DNA from: an uncultured bacterium
GTDB lineage: Bacteria > Babelota > Babeliae > Babelales > Vermiphilaceae
DNA: 64,000 nucleotides
Assembly: GCA_963702025.1 (NCBI GenBank)
Contig: OY969699.1
Span: 800,001-864,000 of the forward strand
Direction of reading: 5' to 3'
Shown here: one piece after another, positions 9,216 to 22,714 of the stretch
How positions within the stretch are numbered: the stretch's first letter is position 1
Layout: every line of letters starts with the position of its first letter
Notes under the pieces: generated by a model
The model's database searches: none
Told to the model about the DNA's origin: nothing
Seen by the model: only the letters and a program-made list of their open reading frames with translations
Made by a program: the position numbers and the translations under genes

Positions 9216-11060
9216 TTATTCAACCGTAACCGATTTTGCCAGATTTCGCGGCTTATCAATGGGTCTATTTAACTCTTTTGCTATCTGATACACAAAAAAT
9301 TGCATAAGACCGGTCATTGCAAGCGGTACCAATAACGGCTTAATGCGTGGCATAACAAACACTTGATCGGCAAGCGCCATAATCTCGTGTTGCCCTTCTA
9401 AAGCAAAAACCACCAGATGCCCCTGACGGGCTTTAATTTCTTGTGCATTCGATACTAATTTTTGATAAATAAGAGGATCTTCATGAGAAAAGATGAATAC
9501 CGGCGTCTGCGAATCAATCAATGCCAAAGGCCCATGCTTTAATTCGCCTGCCGGATAACATTGGGCAAAAATATAGGAAATTTCTTTTAATTTCAGCGCT
9601 GCCTCGAGGGCAAAGGGATAACTGATATGTCTTCCCAAAAAGATCGCTTTTTTAAATTGGGCATAAAATTTTGCTAACCGTTGAATAATGTCACGCTTAT
9701 AGTTTTCAATACTGTTTTCAAGAACTTCCGCAACCACCAAGAGATCTTCTTCGGCCGTTTCCAGTTGCGCCCGGGTAATAATTCCCTTTTCTAATGCCAG
9801 ACGGTGGGCAAGCCAATATAATGCAGTGATCTGTGTTGAAAATGCCTTGGTGGAGGCGACGGCTATTTCTTGGCCCGCTTGCGTGAGTAAAAAACCATCC
9901 GCTTCGCGCACCATAGTGCTTGAAGGAACATTGGTAAGCGCAATTGTTGGCAAATGCATTCCATTGATCATGCGCAATGCTTCGAGTGTATCTGCCGTTT
10001 CACCCGACTGTGAAATAAAAATATAGGCACTATTTCTTTCAGGGAAAAAAGACATGTACCGAAATTCGGAAGCCAAATGTACTCGCGTAGGAATTAGACA
10101 GATTTGTTCAAAGAAAAATTGCGCAATTCTTGCAGCATGCCATGACGTGCCACAACCAATTAATATTATCTTTTCCAAATTCTTTGCTTGCTCCTTTGAA
10201 AGTCCCACATGATCCCAAATCATCGTACTGATTGAACGCAAAAAGATAACACTGTTGTAGATTGCATTTTTTTGATCATAAATCTCTTTGAGCATATGAT
10301 GCTCGTATCCCTTTTTTTCTGATTCTGACCAATCGATCTTTATTTCTTGCACAGGCAGCGGTAAGGGTTTGCCCCAAAAATCATACAATTCGATCATATC
10401 TTTTTTAACCAATGCAAAACTTTCATCGGGTAAAAAAAGTATTTTGTCTGTTTTTCCGGCAAAAGCGAGCGGATCGGATGCAATAAACATCTCATTATCG
10501 CCAACGCCAATGCACAAGGGTGACCGTTTGCGCACTAAAAGCATTTGATCATCATAATCCTGCAAAAGAATCGCACAGGCAAATGCACCTTCAATGCGCG
10601 CAAGAAGATCAACGATGGCACCTTTTAATGTGCTGTGAGAAGCTATGAGTATTTCTAAAAGATGCGCAATGGGTTCTGTATCTGTTTGCGAATGAAAAAT
10701 GTGACCGGCTTCTTCGAGCCTTGCGCGAATTTCATGATGATTTTCTATGATGCCATTATGAACAATGGCGATTGTTTTTTGACAATCAAATTGAGGATGG
10801 GCGTTTTCTTGTGATGATGTGCCGTGCGTTGACCACCGCGTGTGGCCCATGCCAACATGACCATCAATGGGATGTAAATCAAGTTCATGGATTAAATTTG
10901 AGAGGCGACCGGGAGACTTTTGATATAAGAATCGACTATCGACAGGATTCAAGCAGGCAAAACCGGCCGAATCATAGCCACGATATTCGAGCCTGCTCAA
11001 CCCATCCATCACAAATGTTTTGCTATAGTTTTTACCTATATAGCCAACAATTCCACACAC
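9216..11060 (-). CDS. glmS: Glutamine--fructose-6-phosphate transaminase
   Basis: MCGIVG, GHTRW, SQSGETADT, LKHGP, PRNLAKSVTVE. Confidence 0.98.
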   Translation of the reverse strand: MCGIVGYIGKNYSKTFVMDGLSRLEYRGYDSAGFACLNPVDSRFLYQKSPGRLSNLIHELDLHPIDGHVGMGHTRWSTHGTSSQENAHPQFDCQKTIAIVHNGIIENHHEIRARLEEAGHIFHSQTDTEPIAHLLEILIASHSTLKGAIVDLLARIEGAFACAILLQDYDDQMLLVRKRSPLCIGVGDNEMFIASDPLAFAGKTDKILFLPDESFALVKKDMIELYDFWGKPLPLPVQEIKIDWSESEKKGYEHHMLKEIYDQKNAIYNSVIFLRSISTMIWDHVGLSKEQAKNLEKIILIGCGTSWHAARIAQFFFEQICLIPTRVHLASEFRYMSFFPERNSAYIFISQSGETADTLEALRMINGMHLPTIALTNVPSSTMVREADGFLLTQAGQEIAVASTKAFSTQITALYWLAHRLALEKGIITRAQLETAEEDLLVVAEVLENSIENYKRDIIQRLAKFYAQFKKAIFLGRHISYPFALEAALKLKEISYIFAQCYPAGELKHGPLALIDSQTPVFIFSHEDPLIYQKLVSNAQEIKARQGHLVVFALEGQHEIMALADQVFVMPRIKPLLVPLAMTGLMQFFVYQIAKELNRPIDKPRNLAKSVTVE

Positions 11061-11094
11061 AGGATCTCCCTTTTTTTGGAGAGGTAAGCGTGTA

Positions 11095-11541
11095 TTAACG
11101 TTTTACAAACTGGAATCTTCTACGAGCTGCTTTGCGTCCGTATTTTTTACGTTCCTTCAAACGCGAATCAACTGTCAAAAGATCATGTTGACGAAGTGCG
11201 GGTCTTAAGCGACTATCAACTGCCAACATCGCACGCGAAATGCCAAGTTTAATTGCATCAGCTTGTGAGCACACGCCACCGCCAATTACATTCACTTCAA
11301 CATCGAACAGAGCTTCAGCCGGAAGCACGCGAAATGGGGTTGATGCTCTAAGACGAGTTACTTCTGTGTCAAAATAGTCTTTAAAATCTTTACCATTAAC
11401 TACAATTGCCCCTTTTCCGGCACGAAGCCATACACGAGCAACAGAGGACTTACGACGACCCACGCCGTGAGCCAAAGGTGCTACTGAACGAACTTTAGTT
11501 TTTGGAGTTTTTGTAGCAGTAGTGGTTTTTGCTTTGATCAT
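11095..11541 (-). CDS. rpsI: 30S ribosomal protein S9
   Basis: GRRKSSVARV, KERKKYG..ARRRFQFVKR. Confidence 0.97.
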   Translation of the reverse strand: MIKAKTTTATKTPKTKVRSVAPLAHGVGRRKSSVARVWLRAGKGAIVVNGKDFKDYFDTEVTRLRASTPFRVLPAEALFDVEVNVIGGGVCSQADAIKLGISRAMLAVDSRLRPALRQHDLLTVDSRLKERKKYGRKAARRRFQFVKR

Positions 11542-11620
11542 AATGAATGAACCTAATAACCTTATTTTTTTGCTGAAATATACATCATTTCTAGAATATC
11601 GAGGATCGCAAAAATGTCAA

Positions 11621-11819
11621 ACCGTCTACGCTTGTCCGGGCCTTTCATCCTTCGCTAAAGCTTCGGATGACGCGGCCGGCTTTTGGCAAGCGGAGTTTAT
11701 CCTGAGCAAACGTAGTGAGTCGAAGGGGCGCGCAACCTTCGCTTTTTGCTATCAAGTTGTATTAATATCAATCCTTAACATGCTGGCGACAGCCAACCGT
11801 AGCTCGAAAGAGCGAAGGT

Positions 11820-11822
<3 letters not shown>
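11621..11822. repeat. REP-like hairpins downstream of tRNA-Thr
   Basis: ccttcgctaaagcttcgg; gccggcttttggcaagcggagtttatcctgagc shared with ~38485; ccaaccgtagctcgaaagagcgaaggttgg overlapping the tRNA CCA. Confidence 0.8.
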
Positions 11823-11894
<72 letters not shown>

Positions 11895-11903
11895 ATGAGT
11901 TTA

Positions 11904-11967
11904 CCCGTTCGTCCTGAGGAGCACCGAAGGTGCGTCTCGAAGGATACTTCAGGATCAGCACGAATGG
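11904..11967. repeat. REP-like hairpin upstream of tRNA-Thr
   Basis: ccgttcgtcctgaggagcaccgaaggtgcgtctcgaagga. Confidence 0.8.
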
Positions 11968-12106
11968 TACCAATAATACCATATTTTTAGAAAAGCGGAA
12001 TAAGCGAGCATGTTATTGAAAGAATTTGACTGATGCCAAAGAAATCGATTAGCAATTATTCAAATTGCATTTTTTTAACGCACGAGTGTTATAGTGTCAT
12101 TATTGC

Positions 12107-12469
12107 CTATTCTTCAATCCCTTTACCCTCTTCAAATGCTTCTTGGCACGCCAAACAACGCGTAGCATCCGGGTATAATTTTAGGCGTTTTTCAGAGATT
12201 GGCAGTTCACAATCAACGCAAATGCCATAGGTGCCTTCATCGATCATTTTTAAGGCTTTTGCAATGCGATTCAATTCCCCGATCCAAGTGTCTTGTAATG
12301 AAGATCTAAGGCTTTCCATGGTGGAGGTCATTGCTTGGTCGCCCGGATCTTGCACTTCATCATCAGAGAACTTTTTAGAATTGGCAAGCTCTTGTTCAAG
12401 CTCTAATTTACGTGCCAGAAGATCTTTTTTAACGTGTTCGAATTTTTTTTGGTTCTTTGCTTCACTCAT
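12107..12469 (-). CDS. DksA/TraR C4 zinc-finger protein
   Basis: Start MSEAK; DPGDQA coiled-coil tip; YGICVDC...RCLACQ. Confidence 0.9.
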   Translation of the reverse strand: MSEAKNQKKFEHVKKDLLARKLELEQELANSKKFSDDEVQDPGDQAMTSTMESLRSSLQDTWIGELNRIAKALKMIDEGTYGICVDCELPISEKRLKLYPDATRCLACQEAFEEGKGIEE

Positions 12470-12944
12470 TTTTTTTCCTTTTTTGTTTAAAAAATTGCTG
12501 CAAGAGCAAAATGGAATCTTTTTCAAGAACTCCGCTAATAATAGCAAGAGAATCTTTTTTGTATAGCCTTTCTGGCTGCTCTTTTTCAATTTTACTTGAA
12601 CCAAATAACGGGGAAGCGGCTCCAAAAATCACCGTGTCCAACCGAGAAAGAATTATCGCGTTCATGCACATGGCGCATGGTTCAAGCGTTACATACAACG
12701 AACATCCTTCAAGTCGCCAGTCTCCCATTTTTTTTCCCGCTTTTGCAAGAGCACGCAATTCGGCATGAGCAGTTTGGCTCTTTTGACGCACCACGGCATT
12801 ATTGGCACAAGAAATAATATCCCCTTTTGCATCAACTATGACGGCCCCCACAGGAACTTCATCATGAGCTACTGCTTTTTGGGCCTGCTCGATTGCTTTA
12901 CGCATATACTGGGTATGATCAGCGGAAGGGGTAATAGTTTTCAT
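12462..12944 (-). CDS. tadA: tRNA adenosine(34) deaminase
   Basis: EVPVGAV, TAHAE, TLEPCAMC. Confidence 0.92.
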   Translation of the reverse strand: MKTITPSADHTQYMRKAIEQAQKAVAHDEVPVGAVIVDAKGDIISCANNAVVRQKSQTAHAELRALAKAGKKMGDWRLEGCSLYVTLEPCAMCMNAIILSRLDTVIFGAASPLFGSSKIEKEQPERLYKKDSLAIISGVLEKDSILLLQQFFKQKRKKNE

Positions 12945-13010
12945 CAGATAGTCTGTTGTAGTTAAAGTTAGAAAAAAATATTAATTTTTGTTACAATAAA
13001 TAGTAAATAA

Positions 13011-15535
<2,525 letters not shown>

Positions 15536-15536
<1 letters not shown>

Positions 15537-16513
15537 TGCATCATAAAAAACTAAAAGCAAACATCGCTACTTACATTGAAAAAAAGGGCCTCATTAATGA
15601 TGGGGCCCGTCTCATTATTGGTCTCTCGGGTGGCCCGGACTCCGTTTTTTTATTACACTTCTTGGCAAGCCTTCGTGAAGAAAAAAAATTAACACTCATT
15701 GCTGCGCATCTTGATCACGGCTGGCGCCCTGAATCTGCCAACGATGCACAATTTTGCAAAGAGCTCGCGAGCAACTATAACATTCCCTTCATTGGCAAAA
15801 CCATCACCGATTTACAGCTTTCGTTAAAATTTAATGGTTCACAAGAAGAAATTGGCAGAAAAGCACGCCGTGCATTTTTTGAATCTGTGGCAAAAGAACA
15901 TAATGCCACCGCAATTACTCTGGCGCATCACGCCGATGATCAGATGGAAACTTTTTTTATCAGGATGATGCGGGGCGCATCTTTATCCGGTCTTGTCGGC
16001 ATGAAGGCACAAGAAGGCTTGTACATTCGCCCATTACTGGAAACAAAAAAAGCTGTAATTCTTGCCTATCTTCATGAAAACAAGATTACTTATCTTCTCG
16101 ATGGGAGTAACCAATCCGATTCGTATCTACGCAACCGAATCCGCAACACCGCGATTCCCGGGTTGCAGCAGGTCGATGCCCGTTTTGACCACAATTTCAA
16201 CGCTACTCATGCACACTTGGCACAAACAGAAGAATTTTTGCAAGAATTGGCGCAACAAACAGTACGCACTATTTGCAATGAATCAGGCTCACTTGCCGTT
16301 GACAAATTACTTGCATTACATCCCGTTATTCGCCATCGCGTTTTAATTAATTGGCTGGTGGCACACCGGGTGCCATTTACCCCGTCACAAGGCTTGCTTG
16401 ATGAAATAATCAGATTTTTAGAAAAACCCGGAGATGGTCAACATATTTTTTATGGTAAATGGACCATTAATAAAAATAGTAATTCTGCATCAATTATTCT
16501 TATACGATCATAA
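15536..16513 (+). CDS. tilS: tRNA(Ile)-lysidine synthetase
   Basis: SGGPDS, AHHADDQMET, IRPLL, RNRIR. Confidence 0.95.
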
Positions 16514-16637
16514 GAAAGCCTTTTATCAAAAAATTTCAATTATAGGCTTACCATTTACAGCGCTGTATCAAATCATGTAGAATGAATGTGATAATAATTC
16601 GCCAATTATTTTTACCGATTTAAAACCAGGAGGTTAT

Positions 16638-17168
16638 ATGATCAAACAATTATTTTTAATTTTCACTTTCATAACTTATAATTGCATCGCTGAAGAGGAC
16701 CAAACGAAAATTACGACTATTCGAGAAACATACAAAAAATATATAGCCTATCTCATGCCCCAGGACGAAGAGCAAAAAGAAAAACCACAATACCGTTTAA
16801 TGGCCGAAATACTCAAAGAAAAACCGAATATTACCGCAGTGTCTTCGATCATAAAAGATAATGCTGTTGACCAGATTGATGATGGCCAATTCATTTCCCC
16901 CTTAATGGCAGCAACTATTTTTGGGCATAACGCTATTGTAGAATTGTTAATCAAAGCCAAAGTTGATATTAATCAAATAAATATAAGACAACAAAATGCC
17001 GTAATGATGGCAGCATTTGCCAACAATCAAGACGCTTTGAAAAAGTTAATCGAAGCGGGTGCAACGTTAGACGCCTACGATAATCTGTGTTGTGACGCGT
17101 TCGATTATGCAAAATGCAAAGAACATACGCGCGTAATGCAAATCTTATTAGAGGCTAAGCAAAGATAG
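16638..17168 (+). CDS. Secreted ankyrin-repeat protein
   Basis: Signal peptide; SPLMAATIFGHNAIVELLIKAKVDIN and further Ank repeats. Confidence 0.85.
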   Translation: MIKQLFLIFTFITYNCIAEEDQTKITTIRETYKKYIAYLMPQDEEQKEKPQYRLMAEILKEKPNITAVSSIIKDNAVDQIDDGQFISPLMAATIFGHNAIVELLIKAKVDINQINIRQQNAVMMAAFANNQDALKKLIEAGATLDAYDNLCCDAFDYAKCKEHTRVMQILLEAKQR

Positions 17169-17174
17169 AAAAAT

Positions 17175-17762
17175 CTATTTCTTAGAGACAAAGGCATTAT
17201 CTTTAATATAAAACCGTAATTTTTCATGTGATGCCTTGGAAATTCCCACGCGAGTAGTTACAACAATATCTTTTTGAGGAATCTCAGGCGCGTCAAGGAC
17301 ATATAATGGTCCCCGCTTGGTCACGTCAAGACCATTTAAATCGCCATTAATCGCCAACGCCTGGGTAAGTTTACCCGGACCGTTGGTCAGTCCGTTCACC
17401 GTATGTTTATTGCGCTTCTTCTCCATATATTCAATGCCTTCAAGTGGTTGCACCGCACGAATTAACACCCCGCCCGCAACACTATCTACTGAACGTGCAA
17501 CAAAATTTACACAATAATACATGCCATAGGTAAAATAGACGTAGGCATGCCCAACTTGCCCAAAAAGTGGCGCATTGCGATTTCGCTTGCCCCCATAAGC
17601 ATGGCTGGCCGCATCGTGAATACCGGTATATGCTTCCGTTTCAACAATAATTGCTTTTAAAATAGTAGTTTCATCAATCACGCGAACAATGATTTTGCCC
17701 AGCAATTCCTGCGCAACTAAAACCGTATCGCGGTGATAAAATGATCGTGTGAGTATCTTCAT
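17175..17762 (-). CDS. DNA-3-methyladenine glycosylase (MPG/AAG family)
   Basis: IVETEAY, AYVYFTYGMYYC, VLIRA, GPGKL. Confidence 0.93.
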   Translation of the reverse strand: MKILTRSFYHRDTVLVAQELLGKIIVRVIDETTILKAIIVETEAYTGIHDAASHAYGGKRNRNAPLFGQVGHAYVYFTYGMYYCVNFVARSVDSVAGGVLIRAVQPLEGIEYMEKKRNKHTVNGLTNGPGKLTQALAINGDLNGLDVTKRGPLYVLDAPEIPQKDIVVTTRVGISKASHEKLRFYIKDNAFVSKK

Positions 17763-17866
17763 ACTTAAAAGTATGCACGGCCGGGCAGGATAAATCAAAT
17801 CTAGTAAAGCCCCGGCAAATACCCTAAACTTGTTTTGAGAGAATATTGCCAGAAAAAGGGAACCGC

Positions 17867-18841
17867 ATGGAGCAAAGCCGCCGCCGTATCCGCGCACTAA
17901 TTATTAGCGTCTCTTTACTCGTACATTTACTGGCACTCATCTTTTTTTTAATTTTGTATGAGGCCCCCGCATCACATAATTTTTTGATGTCCTTTGATAC
18001 GGCAGACATTCCCCATATACCTGAGACCATTTTTTACAACCAACCCAATGCATCTTCTGAAACCGCACCCGATGATCAGCACAATAATACTCAAGAAGAT
18101 ACCGAATGGGCTGCCCTCAAACCGCGCGCCAGCACCTTGGCAGCCTCCATGGAAATGCCGTATGAAGAAATTGGCCCTGAACAAGATGCTGCACCCCAAG
18201 ACATTTCTTTTGATGATTCAGCAGTTTTTGAAGATCAGCCGACGCAGACTGCGAATGAAGCAGATACTTCCAGAATGGTTGAAGGCATTAAGGGGGAAGA
18301 AATAATCCCGGGCCCCTCTACGATTGTGGTCACCAAAGAGGGACCGGCAGCAGCACACAAAAAAGCAGCGCAAATAAAAAAAGCAAAGGCACAAAGAGCG
18401 ATTGCCAGCATAACGCGGGGCTACTTGGAACAATTAACCAATGAGGGAACTGATTTGATAAAAACAATTGGTGGTGATCCCAATAAACGGCCGACCGCCC
18501 AGCAGTTAAAACATGAGCGCTATTTGGCCAAAATACAATGGTGCTTGCAAAACTCCCATAATATCAATAAAGAGAAATGTCTCACTGCTGAGCCAATTCA
18601 TGCAACGATGAAGGTCTACTTTGCTCTCAAAAAAAATGGGGCAATGGAATCATTACAGATCCTGCAATCTTCGGGGAATCCATTTGTGGATAATTACATA
18701 AAAACATTATTTGAACATGCCAGCAGCTCCTTTCCACCCGTACCATCATATATCACCGAAGAACCGTATAAGCTACTCTATCATGTATTGGTTAACTGGA
18801 ATGTGAGCCAACCGTACAATATGGGTTTTTACCGTGAATAA
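17867..18841 (+). CDS. TonB/TolA C-terminal domain protein
   Basis: N-terminal TM SLLVHL, low-complexity linker, ILQSSGNPFVD...FPPVP. Confidence 0.75.
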   Translation: MEQSRRRIRALIISVSLLVHLLALIFFLILYEAPASHNFLMSFDTADIPHIPETIFYNQPNASSETAPDDQHNNTQEDTEWAALKPRASTLAASMEMPYEEIGPEQDAAPQDISFDDSAVFEDQPTQTANEADTSRMVEGIKGEEIIPGPSTIVVTKEGPAAAHKKAAQIKKAKAQRAIASITRGYLEQLTNEGTDLIKTIGGDPNKRPTAQQLKHERYLAKIQWCLQNSHNINKEKCLTAEPIHATMKVYFALKKNGAMESLQILQSSGNPFVDNYIKTLFEHASSSFPPVPSYITEEPYKLLYHVLVNWNVSQPYNMGFYRE

Positions 18842-18939
18842 ATTCAATTGAAGAAGTTATTTATCATACTCTTGCATCTAAAAAAAAATAATCTTAAGCT
18901 GAATCAAAATCGTTATAATTCTCAAGGTAAGGAGATGTT

Positions 18940-19098
18940 ATGAAAATAGTTAAACTTTTATTAGCAGTTGCTCTTGTAGCAGGTTGCAGCTTGCAGGCAG
19001 ATGAACGCTGTGGTTGTAATAAACCAAACAACAACCCGGCTAACCAAAATAAACCCCGCCCAGGAATGCCAGTTAAAAGGGTGCAACCAAAAAAATAA
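18940..19098 (+). CDS. Small secreted/lipoprotein peptide (52 aa)
   Basis: AAGGAG SD; MKIVKLLLAVALVAGCSLQADERCGCNKPNNNPANQNKPRPGMPVKRVQPKK; followed by terminator; below ORF-track cutoff. Confidence 0.75.
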   Translation: MKIVKLLLAVALVAGCSLQADERCGCNKPNNNPANQNKPRPGMPVKRVQPKK

Positions 19099-19115
19099 AA
19101 TCCGTTTTAGATTGC

Positions 19116-19147
19116 AAGAGGAGGGCACTTATGCCCTCCTCTTTTAT
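19116..19147 (+). terminator. Rho-independent terminator
   Basis: aagaggagggca-ctta-tgccctcctctttt. Confidence 0.85.
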
Positions 19148-19607
19148 TGAACATCCTTCCTTTGAAAGCGATTAATCAAAGAATAAAAATACAATTTGAA
19201 TTTTTAAAATTTATCATATTGACATTTTTTTTAAATTAGAGATCCCAATAGATAGTTATTCGTTAAAAAAATTCATTTAATGAAGACATTACATCCCTGT
19301 TGTATGATGGGTGACACTGAAGATAAAAAAAATTACGAAGCGGTGGTGCATTCCTTCTATAAACACTTGGTTTACCATACAATAGTAAAAAAGCTACCCT
19401 CGGCCAAGAATCATTTGCATTAACCGCACCATCAAAACAAGAATTACAGGCGTTGTATGAATTACCAACCTGTAAATTTTGCAAATGAGTAAAACTCCTT
19501 CAAAGGTAAACTGAACGCGCGAAATTCATACTTTTGCTTATTTTTTTATGCTATACTTGTGATAATCCAAACACATCAACAATATTTTCTATTAAGAAGT
19601 CAAAAAT

Positions 19608-20741
19608 ATGAGCAAAAAAGATTTTTATGACGTGCTGGGCATTCCCCGCACCGCCACTACCGACGAAATAAAAGCTGCCTACCGCAAATTGGCCCTGAAA
19701 TATCATCCTGATAGAAACCCAGACAATAAAGAAGCTGAAGAAAAGTTTAAAGAAGCGGCTGAAGCCTATGAAGTTCTTTCGGATGAAAAAAAGAGAAAAA
19801 CCTATGATCAATTTGGCCATGCAGGCATGGGTATGGGCGCCGGAGGAGGGCATGGTCCTCAAGGCATGAATATGGACGATATTTTTGCCAATTTCGGAGA
19901 TATCTTTGGGGACATTTTTGGCGAACAGCATCGCCCCAGCCGCAAAAAAGCAACAGGTCCTGAGCCTCGACGGGGCCATGATCTGCATAAAGATATCACC
20001 ATTAGCTTTAAAGAATCCTATACGGGCTCAAAACAAGAAGTGGGTTACTACCATTTTGAAGTATGCGATACCTGCAAAGGAAAAGGAACAAAGCCCGGCA
20101 CCAAACCGCAAGCATGCGCCACCTGTAAAGGAAGCGGGCAGATTCACTTTAGCCAGGGATTTTTTATGTATTCCCAGACCTGTTCAACCTGTGGCGGTCA
20201 AGGGTTTACCATTCCATCTCCCTGCCCAACGTGTAATGGCCAATCGCGCAAGCAAGTTTATGATAAATTCAGCGTTACAATTCCTGCCGGCATTTTTGAC
20301 GGCGCCGAATTACGCATTGCCGGCAAAGGTGATGCTGGTGTGTATGGTGGCTCATCCGGCGATCTCTTTTTGCGTGTCCATGTTACACCCGATGTCCATT
20401 TTAAACGAGCTGATGATGATTTAACCTGCACCGTTTTGCTTACCTATCCGCAGCTTGTTTTTGGCAGCCAGGTTGAGATTACCAATATTGATGGCACAAA
20501 AGAAACAATAAAAATCAGCAAGGGCTGTCCGGTTGGTGAACGCATTATGGTTGCCGGCAAAGGATTCCCTAAGCTCCGCGGATCCGGAAGGGGTAACTTA
20601 GTTATTATCACCAATTGTGATATTCCTAAAAAATTATCAGAAAAGGCAAAAGATTCTCTCACTGACTATTCAAAAGAGATTGGCACCGACACCCAAGGAA
20701 ACTCAGGAATTGCCGGCTTTTTTAAGAAATTTTTGGGCTAA
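19608..20741 (+). CDS. dnaJ: Chaperone DnaJ
   Basis: HPD J-domain, G/F region, four CxxCxGxG-type repeats. Confidence 0.98.
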   Translation: MSKKDFYDVLGIPRTATTDEIKAAYRKLALKYHPDRNPDNKEAEEKFKEAAEAYEVLSDEKKRKTYDQFGHAGMGMGAGGGHGPQGMNMDDIFANFGDIFGDIFGEQHRPSRKKATGPEPRRGHDLHKDITISFKESYTGSKQEVGYYHFEVCDTCKGKGTKPGTKPQACATCKGSGQIHFSQGFFMYSQTCSTCGGQGFTIPSPCPTCNGQSRKQVYDKFSVTIPAGIFDGAELRIAGKGDAGVYGGSSGDLFLRVHVTPDVHFKRADDDLTCTVLLTYPQLVFGSQVEITNIDGTKETIKISKGCPVGERIMVAGKGFPKLRGSGRGNLVIITNCDIPKKLSEKAKDSLTDYSKEIGTDTQGNSGIAGFFKKFLG

Positions 20742-20764
20742 GCCTTATTGATAAAAAAGGAGAA

Positions 20765-21526
20765 ATGATGATAGTATTTGCCTTTCTATTTCCACTGTTA
20801 AGCAGCTTTAATTGTTCTTTAATCGCAATGGACCTTAATACGCAAAAACAAACAATAGAGCGCCTTGTTTTTTTCACTGAACACGGCCTAAAAAAGAAAG
20901 CTCAAGAATCTAAAGAAACTGATGAAATACATTATTTTTTTTCAAACACTGAGCAGCACCTCTCTAATTGTGTAACACATACTAATTTTTTATCTGACGA
21001 TAATACTGAATCAGTTATTACTGATTTGTGCAAAAAAAAGAAACCAATGGTCTGGTGGGTGACACCTTTGAGCAAACCAGAAAACCTTGAAAGGTTACTT
21101 CAAAAGCATGGATTCGATCCGTATCCTTTAACTGCAATGGAATGTTGCTTGCAAAATGTTACGGAAGAAACCTTAGACAAAATAATGAATGTTCAATCGC
21201 CAAATACCATATCAATTAGTAAGAACAAGATTGATGATGCGGATCAATACCAACTGCTGTGTGATAATACATTAGCTAGTTGTTGTTCATACATTATACT
21301 TGATACCTGGGCAGCTCTTTATAGCTTATCTACACAAGGGGATATGCGTAATCAGGGCTTTGCAACAAAACTTATTGCTACCATATTAAAGGATCTCAAA
21401 AAACAAAAATGTACCGCTGCTTATATGATAGCCATGCCGATTACTGTCAGAATTGGCAACAAATTAGGATTTAAAGAAATGGGTATCATTAATTATTATC
21501 ACAAATTAAAATTTGAAGCTTCTTGA
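20765..21526 (+). CDS. GNAT acetyltransferase with signal peptide
   Basis: MRNQGFATKL acetyl-CoA motif, KLGF; signal peptide then MD. Confidence 0.8.
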   Translation: MMIVFAFLFPLLSSFNCSLIAMDLNTQKQTIERLVFFTEHGLKKKAQESKETDEIHYFFSNTEQHLSNCVTHTNFLSDDNTESVITDLCKKKKPMVWWVTPLSKPENLERLLQKHGFDPYPLTAMECCLQNVTEETLDKIMNVQSPNTISISKNKIDDADQYQLLCDNTLASCCSYIILDTWAALYSLSTQGDMRNQGFATKLIATILKDLKKQKCTAAYMIAMPITVRIGNKLGFKEMGIINYYHKLKFEAS

Positions 21527-21582
21527 GAAAACCTTTATGGATTTAATACCGGTCAAATAGTTTAAAAAGGAGGATATGGCTT

Positions 21583-22713
21583 TCAAACGCTCATTCCCCT
21601 TTTTTTCATGCTTTTTTGAGAAAAAGAGAGGTGTCTTTTGCGCTCAAGACCCAATTTGGTAATCAAATGGTAAAAGAATTCCCTGTCTGGCCCTTTGACC
21701 ACTGCCTGCTCATGCGCTTCAGCCAGTGCCACCGGATAGCCGCGCCCTTTAATTGCTTGATCCAAAATGATCTGCGCCACCATATTCAGGTGAATCTCAT
21801 CCTTAGCGATCCAGGCAGGAATTTCTATACGGGCAATTTCAGTCCCCACATCCATGTAAAAAAAATGGGGAACCAAATGCGGCGGATAACAGGCACCAAT
21901 TTGCGCATTACTTTTAAAGACAATTGAGCGGGTCCCTGATTGCAAAAAAAATCCGGCCACATTGGTATCAACCAAATGTTGCACCGCCTCTAATTCTTTG
22001 CAGCCTTCGATTTTGAATTTGCACAGCTCAACCCGAATGAGATTAACCAATTCTTTGCTCTTGGGCATACTAATATATCCGGCACAGAGTATCTTAGATT
22101 GCGACAATGCATTAAGCAAGCTTAAGTATTTGTTTAAGAAAATCTCTTTTAAACGTAATTCTTTTGATTCCAAGTGCCAAAAAATGAGTGACCCATCAAA
22201 CAAAAATGCAAAGGGAATTTCCGGATTTTGACTGGTAACTTCGCTGCTTTTTTCCAGCCCCGTTTTAAATTCGTATTCTTGCCGTGAACAATTTACCATA
22301 TCCTGACCGTTGGCAAGATCATCCTCTTGTTCACCGGTAAACGTATACGGACGTGAATCAAAAACAACTGCCTTGCTCGTAGACCCTTGTCCATACCGTA
22401 GCAGCACCGAACCGATATTTATTAAAAAACAAGGGGTTCCTTGATGCCGATCCGGATAAATCTGGGAACCATCAACACCCAGCACCGTATAAGGCCCGGA
22501 AATTGGAAAAACTTTTATCACCCTCTTAAGATCCTCATACCAATCAGGAACCAACCACGGCGTTGAAATTTGACGTATTTTATAAAGAAATGTTGGATCA
22601 TCAATGATCCGCTGCCACGATTCTTGCGCAATGCGAAATTCAGGCGAAATATCCAGAAACAAGCCTTCAGAAATGGATTGCAATTGCTCCATTAATGCTA
22701 CTCTATTGAGCAT
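21583..22713 (-). CDS. nurA: NurA-family nuclease
   Basis: GVDGSQ, FDGSL, GYPVALAEAHEQAVV. Confidence 0.85.
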   Translation of the reverse strand: MLNRVALMEQLQSISEGLFLDISPEFRIAQESWQRIIDDPTFLYKIRQISTPWLVPDWYEDLKRVIKVFPISGPYTVLGVDGSQIYPDRHQGTPCFLINIGSVLLRYGQGSTSKAVVFDSRPYTFTGEQEDDLANGQDMVNCSRQEYEFKTGLEKSSEVTSQNPEIPFAFLFDGSLIFWHLESKELRLKEIFLNKYLSLLNALSQSKILCAGYISMPKSKELVNLIRVELCKFKIEGCKELEAVQHLVDTNVAGFFLQSGTRSIVFKSNAQIGACYPPHLVPHFFYMDVGTEIARIEIPAWIAKDEIHLNMVAQIILDQAIKGRGYPVALAEAHEQAVVKGPDREFFYHLITKLGLERKRHLSFSQKSMKKRGMSV

Positions 22714-22714
22714 A

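Noticed and set aside
19148..19607. CIRCE operator or coding ORF upstream of dnaJ
   Set aside because: No TTAGCACTC-N9-GAGTGCTAA seen; the 73-aa minus ORF and a 47-aa plus ORF lack support
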